Source: Octopus sinensis
Lineage: Eukaryota
Length of the DNA: 64,000 nt
NCBI RefSeq assembly: GCF_006345805.1
Contig: NC_043013.1
Location: 42,346,001-42,410,000, forward strand
Reading direction: 5' to 3'
Of the stretch, positions 53,215-64,000 are shown one piece after another. The notes under the pieces were generated by a model. That model was not told where the DNA came from. It made no database searches and saw nothing but the letters and a program-made list of their open reading frames with translations. Positions within the stretch are counted from its first letter, which is position 1. Each line of letters begins with the position of its first letter. Position numbers and translations under genes: made by a program.

Positions 53215-53411
53215 GTGTACCGTTGGCGATTTTTTTTCCTCTGTCTTCCCTTCTCTGGATCTTTCCTTCTCCTATGTTTCCGACGAAGAGCTCCACTCGA
53301 AACGTTAAACCCTCCTTCTTCCCTTTTTTCCTGAGCGTCCAATAATACTATATTTGTTCCACGTCCTCCGTTGTTGTGTCTTTTTGTGTTTTCTGGTTTG
53401 GATTAACTTTA
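53215..53411 (+). mobile_element. repeat family A inside the microsatellite spacer of an S2 SINE, with minimal hammerhead-like motif (53276-53310)
   Basis: GTTT-CCGACGA-A-GAG-CTCCA-CTC-GAAA-CG-TT-AAAC. Homologues at 62948-63142 and, truncated, at 2635-2730. Confidence 0.65.
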
Positions 53412-53597
53412 TATATACATATATACGACGGGCTTCTTTCAGTTTCCGTCTACCAAATCCACTTTGGTCGGCCCGAGGCTATAGTAGAAGACACTTGCCC
53501 ACGCAGTGGTTGGTAAGCAAGCTACTTACCACACACACACACATATATATAAATAAATACAGTATATGATATACTTTAGGCGAATAAACGATGAACA

Positions 53598-53643
53598 ACC
53601 CTTTAATCGATTTCCGAACCCTATCGGATTCTCATCAGAGGTG
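53598..53643 (-). ncRNA. possible type I hammerhead motif
   Basis: ACCT-CTGATGA-GAATCC-GATA-GGGTTC-G-GAAA-TCGA-TT-AAAGG. Good core, helix II and palindromic helix III; weak helix I. Confidence 0.45.
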
Positions 53644-54664
53644 TCCACATCATTTGACCAATCCCAGAGAGACAATCAGCCAATCTGTTTATATACTCAA
53701 CAATTCCAGTTGCTACAAAGAATTGGAGTTATTAATTTGAATACTTATCAAGTATTAACACTAAGTATCAACAGAGGCCTGTGAACGGGTATAGAAGCGA
53801 TGCCTGTCGCCAGGATTTCCAACACTAATCGAATAGAACAAACGACTCCAAATTTTTATTATCGTAACCCTGTGAATGGATTTGGGACTGTTAGCTTGCA
53901 GGGGTTATTGAGTCATATATCGTATAAAATTGAAGTTAAACCAGTAATGACGTTTTGAATGCATTTAATACGTGCGTTTAAGATAATTGCGCAATAGATA
54001 AAAATGGACATTTCATCTCTTACGCAAAATCTTCCTCAGTTATAATATTTATCGCTCACCAGAAGACGGCGAGCTGGCAGAATCGTTAGCACGCCGGGCG
54101 AAATGCTTAGCGGTATTTCGTCTGCCGTTACGTTCTGAGTTCAAATTCCGCCGAGGTCGACTTTGCCTTTCATCCTTTCGGGGTCGATTAAATAAGTACC
54201 AGTTACGCACTGGAGTCGATATAATCGACTTAATCCGTTTGTCTGTCCTTGTTTGTCCTCTCTGTGTTTAGCCCCTTGTGGGTAGTAAAGAAATAGGTAT
54301 TTCGTCTGCCGTTACGTTCTGAGTACAAATTCTACTGAGGTCGACTTTGCCTTTCATTATCCTTTCGGAGTCGATAAATTAAGTACCAGTTACGTACTGG
54401 AGTCAGTCTAATCGACTGGCCTCCTCTCAAAAAATTTCGGACCTTGTGGCTAGAGTAGAAAAGAATATTTATCTCTCACCAGATAGAGTACGTTGAACTT
54501 TCTGTGACGTAAACATGCATTCACATATAGATATATATATACACTCACATGCATCCTGGCCTAATTTTTCAACAGCCTGAGCTGTTTTTCACGGAGATGT
54601 TTTGTTTCCTTCTTTTTTCTAATCAAAATAATTCAAAACTTGCTATTTAAAACTCTATTGTTAC

Positions 54665-55534
54665 GTAGTAGTAGTAGTAGTAGTGGCGGCGGTGGCGGGG
54701 TGGTGGTGGTGGTGGTGGTGGTGGTGGTGGTGGTGGTGGTGGTGGTGGTGGTGGTGGTAGTGATGGTGGTGGTGATGGTGGTAGTGGTGGTGGTGGTAGT
54801 GGTGGTGGTGGTAGTGGTGGTGGTGGTGGTAGTGGTGGTGGTGGTGGTGGTGTTGGTGATAGTGGTGTGGAGGTGTTAGTGGTAGTGGTAGTGGTGGTGG
54901 TGGTGGTGTTAGTGGTGTTGGTGGTTGGTGGTAGTGTTTTTTTTTTGTTATTGTTGTTGTTGGTGGTGGTGGTTGTGGTGGTGGTGGTGGAGGGTGTGGT
55001 GGTGGTGGTGGTGGTGGTGGTGGTGGTGGTGGTGGTGGAGGTGGAGGTGGTGGTGGTTTCGATTCCCATTTAAAACCGCTCCGCAACGCAAATTGCTCTG
55101 TCGGTGAAGAAGTAATGCGCTGAACATCAGAAGACGCTTTCAAAATGAGAGAGGACCACGTGGAACTGAAACATTCCATCTCAGCATCACTTTCATTGCC
55201 GTCATCACCATTATCATTGTTATCCCCGTCACCATCATCATCTTCATGAGCGCTATCGTCATCATCATCGTCGTCGTCATCATCCTCGTCGTCGTCATCA
55301 TCCTCGTCGTCGTCATCATCATCGTCATCGTCATCGTCGTCGTCATCATCCTCGTCGTCGTCGTCGTAGTCGTCATCTACCTCACCATCATTGTCATCAT
55401 CACCATTATCATCGTCATCATAACATCACCATCGACGTCGCTGTCGTCGTCTGCAGCTGCAACAGCAGCAGAATCATCATCATCATCATCAATTGTTTCT
55501 CCATTACAACTTGCTAAAACTTCTACTACTACTA

Positions 55535-55567
<33 letters not shown>

Positions 55568-56150
55568 CTTCTTCTTCTTCTTCTCCTCCTCCTCCTCCTC
55601 CTCTTCTCCTTCTTCTTCTTCTACTCCTCCTCTTTCTTCTCCTCCTCCTACTCCTTCTTCCTCTTCTTCTCCTCCTTCTCCTCCTCCTCCTTCTACTTCT
55701 TCTTCTTCTGCTACTACTACTACTACTACAACTACTACCACCACCACTACTACAGCTACCACCACCGTCGCCACCGCCGCCACAACTACTACTACTACTA
55801 CTACACTACTACTACTACTACTACTACTACTGTTACAAATCTGCATGTCAGTATTATCAAGTTACGTGTTCGCTGTCACCACCGCATTCATTGCTACTAC
55901 CACCACCACCACTACCTCTACCGCCGCCGCCATCATCATCTCTACCACCAGTTCTATCAGCATCACCATCCCCACTACCATCGTCAACGCCTTCATCAAT
56001 ACCATCAAACCAACACCATCATCATCATCCTCATCACTACTATCGCCCTTAATCCCAGCCACGACCACCACCATCGCAATTACAAGCTTTACCACAATCA
56101 GCATCATCATCAGTGGCTTCATCATTACCGCCTTCAACACCTCCACCACC
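54665..56150. repeat. compound trinucleotide low-complexity block (GGT, CAT/CGT, CTT/CCT, CTA, CAC)
   Basis: Directly visible. Produces the homopolymeric ORFs in the track. Confidence 0.93.
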
Positions 56151-57690
56151 ACAGTTCAGCGAAGGAGCCTTTATGCAATCTCGTGATCTGCTAGAAATAG
56201 CAACCAAGTGTTCCTCATTTCACACCATAAGATCTTTTTGAAGTAAGGCACGTTTGGAGAATATGGCCTGAGTGACTGCTGATGGCTTAGTCGTTAGGAT
56301 GTTACAATCACGATCGCATCGCAAGATCGTGGTTTCAATTTCAGGAGCGGATGGTGCGTTGTGTTCTTGGTCTCATGTTGCTCTGTGATCACTTCTTTCA
56401 TATCTGTGAAAAACTGAAGATGGAAATGTCATGAATGGAAAGTTTATGATCATAAGCTTGCAGGAACAGGGCTGACCAAGAACTAAGCGACAACATCCGC
56501 AATAACACCATCGCCATTACAGCCACCACCATAACCGTCACCAACATCGTCTCCATCACCGTCAGCATTACCCTGCTTACATTTGTTTCATTAGTGGTTT
56601 AGAGGAGAAAGGGTCACAGTGCTCATCTTTTCAGCCCTTTTCACGATTTTTCAGCTCCTCCAAGGGTGTCCGAAACCAGAGAATTGGCTTGAATACCTAC
56701 AACAGAATGAACACCGCCAAAGACATCCCAATACACGCACAACCAGCACAAACACCAGCGACCCTACAAATTTTGGATTCAAATTTTGGCACAATGCCAA
56801 CAGTTTCGGCAGAGGGGGTAAGTCGATTACATCGACTTCAGAGCATAACTGGTACATATTTCATCAACCCTGAAAAGATGATAGACAAAGTCGACCTCGG
56901 CAGAATTTGAACTCAAAACGTAAAAACAGACCAAGTGCCGCTAAGCATTTAACCAGACGTATTAACGATTCTGCCAGTTCGTCACCTTAGGAACCTTACA
57001 AATATCAGTTTCAAATTTTGGTACAAAGCCAGCAATTCTGGGGGATGAGGTCAGTCGATTACATCGACTCCAGTGCTTAACTGACATTTATTTTATTGAC
57101 CCCGAAAGGCAAAGTCGACCTCGGAGGAATTTGAACTCAGAACATAAAGACAGACGAAATACCACTAAGCATTTCGCACAGCGTGCTAACGATTCTTATT
57201 TATTTATTGCCCACAAGGGGCTAAACATAGAGAGGACAAACAAGAACAGGCAAAGGTATTAAGTCGATTACATCGACCCCAGTGCGTAACTGGTACTTAA
57301 TTTATCGACCCCGAAAGGATGAAAGGTAAAGTCGACCTCGGCGAAATTTGAACTCAGAACGTAGCGGCAGACGAAATACCTATTTCTTTATTACCCACAA
57401 GGGGCTAAACACAGAGGGGACAAACAAGAACAGGCAAAGGTATTAAGTCGATTACATCGGCCCCAGTGCGTAACTGGTACTTAATTTATCGACCCCGAAA
57501 AGATGAAAGGTAAAGTCGACCTCGGCGGAATTTGAACTCAGAACGTAACGGCAGACGAAATACCGCTAAACATTTCGCCCGGCGTGCTAACGATTCCGCT
57601 AGCTTGTAGCATTAGCATCCATATAAATATTAGCAACAGCAACATCGTTATCACCACTATCACCACTACGACTACTGTAACTATCCTCGT

Positions 57691-57723
<33 letters not shown>

Positions 57724-58080
57724 CACGTTGCAGTCACCGTGGAGATCTACGCACTCTTAGAAATCTCCAGGAAATGACAAAGCGTCTGTCAAGTCACCTG
57801 TACTATTGGCTCTCCTCATAAACGTAAAAAGGTTACTATTGTCAAGTAAACAGACAGGCGAGTGCAAGAAAAAGAAAAAACGAAGATTATGGTTTATTTC
57901 AAAAGATTAACGTCACTAAGAGATTACAGACAGCATGTGTGTTGTACATTAAGATATTTGTTTTTACTGAGACGACAAGAAATTAGTATATGACAGACTT
58001 AAGCTTTGGTTGTGAAGATTCGACAAATAGATATGAGACATGCGTACATATATATATATATATATATAGATATATATTAT

Positions 58081-58126
<46 letters not shown>

Positions 58127-60929
58127 TATGTATGTATGTATGTATGTATGTATATGGCTGTGTGGTAAGTAGCTTGCTTACCAATCACATGGTTCCGGGT
58201 TCATTGCCACTGCGTGGCACCTTGGGCAAGTGCCTTCTACTATAGCCACGGGCCGACCAAAGCCTTGTGAGTGGATTTGGTGGACGGAAACTGAAAGAAG
58301 CCCGTCGTATACATGTATATGTATGTATATGTGTGTGTGTGTTTGTGTGTCTGTGTTTGTCTCCCAACATCACTTTACAACCGATGCTGATGTGTTTACG
58401 TCCCCGTAACTTAGCGGTACGGCAAAAGAGACCGATAGAATAAGTACTAGGCTTACAAAGATTAAGTGAAATGGGCGACAGCGTGTTGTGTTCACGAATG
58501 AGGCAACTCACTTTATGTGGCTTCGGTGTACTCAACCGATTGGTGGCACAACCGTCACTCCTTCCAACTGAGTAAGGCATAGTAGGGTTGAGAGAGTGTC
58601 GGCGTCCGCTTGCGATTACATAGGCACCTAAGACAACTATCGAAACAGATCATACTCGCTTGCGAGTGACGGCTAAACTTTACGTGTTGCAGTTACTGGA
58701 CTGCAGTCATGCTGAAGCACTGCCTTGAACGGTCTTTCGAACATATCGACCCCAATACTTGCTTTTGTAGTCTGGTTACTTACTCTATCGGTCGTTTTCG
58801 CCGAGCCGTTAAGTTACGTGGAAGTAAACAAACCAACACCGATTGTCAAGTGGGACAGTTAAACACAAGCGCAAAGACTCACACACACACACACACACAC
58901 ACACGTATATACACGACTGCCTTCCACCTTATCCGTCTATCAAAATCATCTACGTAGCATTGGTAGATCTGGGGCTATTGTAGAAGACACTTGCCCAAGA
59001 TGCCACACAACAGGACTGAACCTGAAACTACGTAGCTGTAAATCGAGCTTCTTAACCACAGCAATGCCTGCACCTATACATGGTTTTCTAACAACAAGAA
59101 CCACAGTATGTCTGCTACTTAATTTACTGATGCCATCATTACCACTACCACCACCACTACAATTAACAGCAAAACAAGAACTGTATTCAGACCGCAGAGG
59201 AATGCAATGAAATACTTTTAATAATTTAGTTAACTAAATTACTTAACTCCAATTCAACATTTGTATTAATTATACTATTAAAAAAGCAACTATTTTCTTT
59301 TTTAGCAGTTAAATCTATCAAAATCTCGAAAGGCTTTGCAAATAGCTTAGCGGCCTACACCAGCGAGCGTTTAGTTTGTTGCCAAAGAACTGATCGTATT
59401 TGATAGCATAAAACACACACAAGCATATTAAACGCACCCAAATTTCAGCAGTGCATATTCAAGAGAAAACTGTTTTTAGAGCATTTCTGTACTGCAATAT
59501 TCATTATGTGGACATGTGGCGTTGGTTCTGCATGAACAGTCTGCCTTGCTTCAGGTTTGGGTCTATTGCTGATAATTTCTTCATGCCAAGAGAACAGCTA
59601 AAAGAGGCTACCGTATCTATTAAATATTTTTTCTATATCTATTCGTTTTGGGAAATTGTATAACGACGAAACAAAAAGGTCTCGCTCACACAGAAATTTT
59701 ACGTTCAGGGAAAATGGGAGTGTAAACCATATGATTTTTACGGTGGCGTATCCTCTCTGTGGGGTTAGAGTCGGAAATATACTTAATCTCATCCCTAAAA
59801 CTAGAGGCCCAACTGTAATATAGGCTCAACTTCACAAATAGGATCCAAGGAGGTTATTTGAGTTGTTGGGTTTTTTTTTAGAGAAACAATGCATTTTATA
59901 CACCACTAAATACAGTATATCCTGACTGGTCTACAATTGCAGGCAACCCATACTTACACTGAAGAATAAATTTCCTGTTATTTAGATATCTGAAATTCAC
60001 CACTGAGAAATAATTCTAACTTGTACAGGCATTAAATTTAGAAATGTTGTTGGGAAATCCGCAGTAGGCTCTTTTAATTCTGGGACCTCGTATCTAAGGG
60101 AGACGTGATTGGGAGAGAGTTAAGCGTAGCGGTGTGGTAGGAAGTTTGTTTCCCAACGACATGGTTCCGGGTTGACGTAAAGGAACTAAGCCTCTTGGCC
60201 AACGTGCTAATGGTTTTACCAACTCGCCGCCTTTCTTTTAATTACGGCTTCAAATTTCTTAGAGAGACAGACAGACAGACACACAGACAAAGATAGTGAC
60301 AGACAGACAGACAAGACAAACGGATGGACGGAAGGACAGAAAGTGTTAACCGGTTACATCGATGGCGGCGAGCTGGCAGAAACGTTAGCACGCCGGGCGA
60401 AATGCGTAGCCGTATTTCGTCTGCCGTTACCCTTGTGGGTAGTAAAGAAATAGGTATTTCGTCTGCCGTTACGTTCTGAGTTCAAATTCCACCGAGGTCG
60501 ACTTTGCCTTTCATCCTTTCGGGGTCGATAAATTAAGTACCAGTGACGCACTGGGGTCGATGTAATTGACTTAATCCGTTTGTCTGTACTTGTTTGTCCC
60601 CTCTATGTTTAGCCCCTTGTGGGTAGCAAAGAAATAGGTTACATCGACCCCAGTGCTCAACTGGTACTTATTTTATCGACCCCGAAAGGAATGAAAGGCA
60701 GAGTTGACTCGGCGGAATTTGAACTCAGAACGTAATGACGGACGAAAAGCCGCTAAGCATTTTATCCGGCGTGCTAGCGGTTTTGCCAGCTCACCGCCTT
60801 TTTTAATTATACAATATAACACTCGACACAGTATATCTATTGACGTCATCTCACCACTTCGGTGAAAGAGAGAAAGAGAGAGAGAGAAGGAAATATTCAA
60901 GAGCTTTTTGTTTCTTTTTTTGTTTTTTC

Positions 60930-60970
<41 letters not shown>

Positions 60971-61425
60971 CCTTGTTTTATGTGATTGTTAGTTATTTCG
61001 ATGGCTTTTTGTTTTGTTTTTTTTAAATAATTATTTCAAGTTCGGTTATTAGAATAGGTGTCTGTGTGTTGTCACGAGAAATAGATTTTTGACAACTTTC
61101 TACGTATATATGTATATGTATGTAGCTTGATGTATGTTTGTGAGTGCGCGCGCGCGTGTGCATGTGCGTGTGTATGTGTGTGTGCATGTCTGTGTGCGTT
61201 TGTGTGCCGGCGTGTGTGTGTGTGTGTGTGTGCGCCTCTATGTGTATGTATGTATGTATGTATGTATGTATGTATGTATGTATGTATATAATTTTAACCT
61301 GATCTTCCTTCGGTTGATTTCTGTAGTTATCATCAGTGTATTTTTGGCGATTTAAATAAGAGTTTTGACTGTTATTTCCAGCAGGTAGACATACTTAGTA
61401 TGTCCTTTGATTAATAATAGTAATA

Positions 61426-61504
<79 letters not shown>

Positions 61505-62947
61505 CCCTCTGCCTCTACCTCTCTCCTCTCCTTCCAGGTGATCAGTGTTCAGCCAAGCCTGACCTTCCTGTCTTGGTTCGACTACCATCCGTGCAACATC
61601 TATATTCCTTCCATGCCTGTCACCTCTTATGTGCCCGCCGTAAGGCTTCACTTCCACACACGCCAGCTTAATTTAATTCGTCCTTAGTCGAAAGACACCT
61701 AGTACCATTTCTCCATTTTTTTCCTCCTTGTTTTCGTATACATTCGCTGCTCTCTTCCAAGGAATCTAGTGATTTTAGCTTAGATTTTCCTTGGGGCTGG
61801 CCACATTGGAGCAGTCTTGAGTATGACTAGCCGAAACTGCAATGATAATCTGGAACTCGACTGACGAAAGAAAACTCCGAATGGCCCATCCTTGTTTTTA
61901 CTTGTCCCTTTTTGTATCATCTAAGTGTCTGGATGTCTTGTTGTCGCCTGTCGCGTTCTTGTCCTATTTTTTGTATTCTTTTCTCTGTGTGTGTGTGTGT
62001 GTGGTGTGTGTGTATGTGGTGTGTGGTGTGTGTGCGTGCGTGTGTGTTTATATATATATATATTTCATTAATGAGAGAGACGGAAGATGGAAGATACGAG
62101 AATGTTTATTGATCACTACAATTGTCACGACCTATCTAGCATCGAGAGAGAGAGAGAGAGGAGGAATACATACAAACATGCATACATACATACATACATA
62201 CATACATACATACATACATACATACATACATACATAAACCTACGAAGTAGAAATATTGTCTATACGTTTGTTTTTATATGTTTATACAGATTTTTACATA
62301 TGTTTGTTTTTAATTTTATATCAAACTGAAGAACTATCCGACAGTTTCTGTAGAAAGCATATTTATTATACTTTCACAAGAGGCTAATCAGGTAAGAGAT
62401 AATAACAATACAAAGTAAATAACTCTGAAAAATGCTTTTGTGCGTCCGCAGAGAATATTACCCTCAGTAGCGCTAGTGTTGGTATGTTCTTGATAAGTCA
62501 CTAACCGAAATAAGTGGATCTGTTGTTTAGGAAAATACTATTTACTTTTTTAAGCGTTATACTTGATAAATTGCGAAAATAGCTCAAATAGTTCAAATAC
62601 TAAGAAATAAGCATACTCAATTTGATTTTTACGAAATAATTTACGAACATGAATGGGTTATTCCCCCTTGGCTATGTATAAGGATCCCTTTCAGGAGCGA
62701 ATGGGTTATTTTCCTTGGATGTTTAAAAATAATATATTAGTTATATGCAGTAGATATAAGAATCCCTTCCAGAGGCACTATTATTGATTATTTTTTCATC
62801 AATCTAAGTATGTCACTAGTTTTCCAGACACTCACGTGTCAAGTTTCATCAAAATCCATAAAATGATATAGGACGAGTTACATAACAACGCCACAAACAC
62901 ATCCACAGATTTCCACATATGTAGTATATATATATATATATACACAC

Positions 62948-63142
62948 AAAGTTAATCCAAACAAGAAGAGCACAAAGAAACACAACAACGTGAGGACGTG
63001 GAACAGATATAGTATTATTGGACGCTCAGGAAAGAAGGAAAGAAGGAGGGCTTAACGTTTCGAGCGGAGCTCTTCGTCGGAAACATAGGTGAAGGAAAGA
63101 TCCAGAGAAGGGAAGACAGAGGAAAAAAATCGCCAACGGTAC
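62948..63142 (-). mobile_element. repeat family A copy with minimal hammerhead-like motif (63050-63084)
   Basis: Minus strand reads GTTT-CCGACGA-A-GAGC-TCC-GCTC-GAAA-CG-TT-AAGC. Flanked by (TA)n and (CA)n. Confidence 0.68.
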
Positions 63143-63152
63143 ACACACACAA

Positions 63153-63186
<34 letters not shown>

Positions 63187-63367
63187 TAATATATATATAT
63201 ATATATATGACGGGTCTTTCAGTTTCCGTCTACCAAATCCACTCACAAGGCTTTGGTCAGCCCGAGGCTATAGTAGAAAACACTTGCCAAAAGTGCCATG
63301 CAGTGGGACTGAACCCGGAACCTTGTATTTCGGAAGCAAGCTTTTTATCACACAGCCGCACTTGCCC

Positions 63368-63404
<37 letters not shown>

Positions 63405-63443
63405 CATATATATGTGTGTATGTGTGTGTTTTTGTGTGTGTGC

Positions 63444-63476
<33 letters not shown>

Positions 63477-64000
63477 TGTATATTCGCCACTTAAAAGTTG
63501 ATGTTGCATTAGAACACACATATAGAGCAATATGAACCAAGAGAAGAAACTCTCATGTGCTTATTTGGTGCATAGAAGTACATCATAGCTATCGTCAGCG
63601 ACAGACAATCAGCACTACTTCTGCCGTTCGGCTACCAGATCACGCGAATTCAAATTGTATGGTATTAAAACTACTCCTGTCGCTCAATTTACTTTTCAAT
63701 CAGCCTACTGGTTTTAGCGACATCAGCTTTTGCTTTGTCTCTGTATTCCTATATATATATATATCGCTTGCGCAGCAGTTACTGCTAACTCCAGCCGCTT
63801 GATGTCTATCACTGAAAAGGTCAAATAATTATTGAGAGACATCCTATAAATAAAGATCATTACATATTTTTTTTTTCATATTGTAGTAAACTTGACTTAC
63901 GGCTGTTTCCAGTTATATTTATAGGTTCGTTATTGATTGGTTTACTCAGTCGGCCCATTGATAGGCTGGGAAAATTTTAAAGATCTAGAGAATTAATGCG

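Noticed and set aside
53997-54045. CTGAGGA...GAAA-TGTCCA-TT on the minus strand, and similar hits at ~27055, ~61300 and ~1740
   Set aside because: Helix I or II does not pair; compatible with chance.
54640-56194. Poly-V/P/H/T/L ORFs
   Set aside because: Trinucleotide low-complexity DNA with no domain or splice evidence.
63894-63955. Hammerhead half-motif GAAA-CAGCCG-TA on the minus strand
   Set aside because: No matching core or helix II within the window; it may continue past the edge.

Overview
This is AT-rich eukaryotic DNA, saturated with microsatellites and tRNA-derived SINEs. The repeat make-up is typical of an octopus (coleoid cephalopod) genome; that assignment is an inference. I find no intact host protein-coding gene, and nearly all listed ORFs are microsatellite or SINE read-throughs. 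The recognisable coding sequence is all decayed transposon material: an L1/Tx1-like ORF1 with a CCHC knuckle, a Penelope-like GIY-YIG endonuclease, a Buster/SCAND3-type hAT transposase broken into pieces over about 6.5 kb, two mariner remnants, an L1/Tx1 ORF2 tail and a Dong/R4-like 3' end. There are also several MITEs and a 100-N gap with duplicated flanks. The most striking signal is about a dozen type I hammerhead-ribozyme-like motifs in several short non-coding families, often lodged in (TA)n/(CA)n microsatellites. They include a 630-nt unit bracketed by two hammerheads, a 346-nt unit with a GUC hammerhead, a circularly permuted family, and a 194-bp-arm palindrome centred on a hammerhead. 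This looks like a retrozyme / Penelope pseudo-LTR system. All folds were done by eye and none has been tested; SINE coordinates are approximate.
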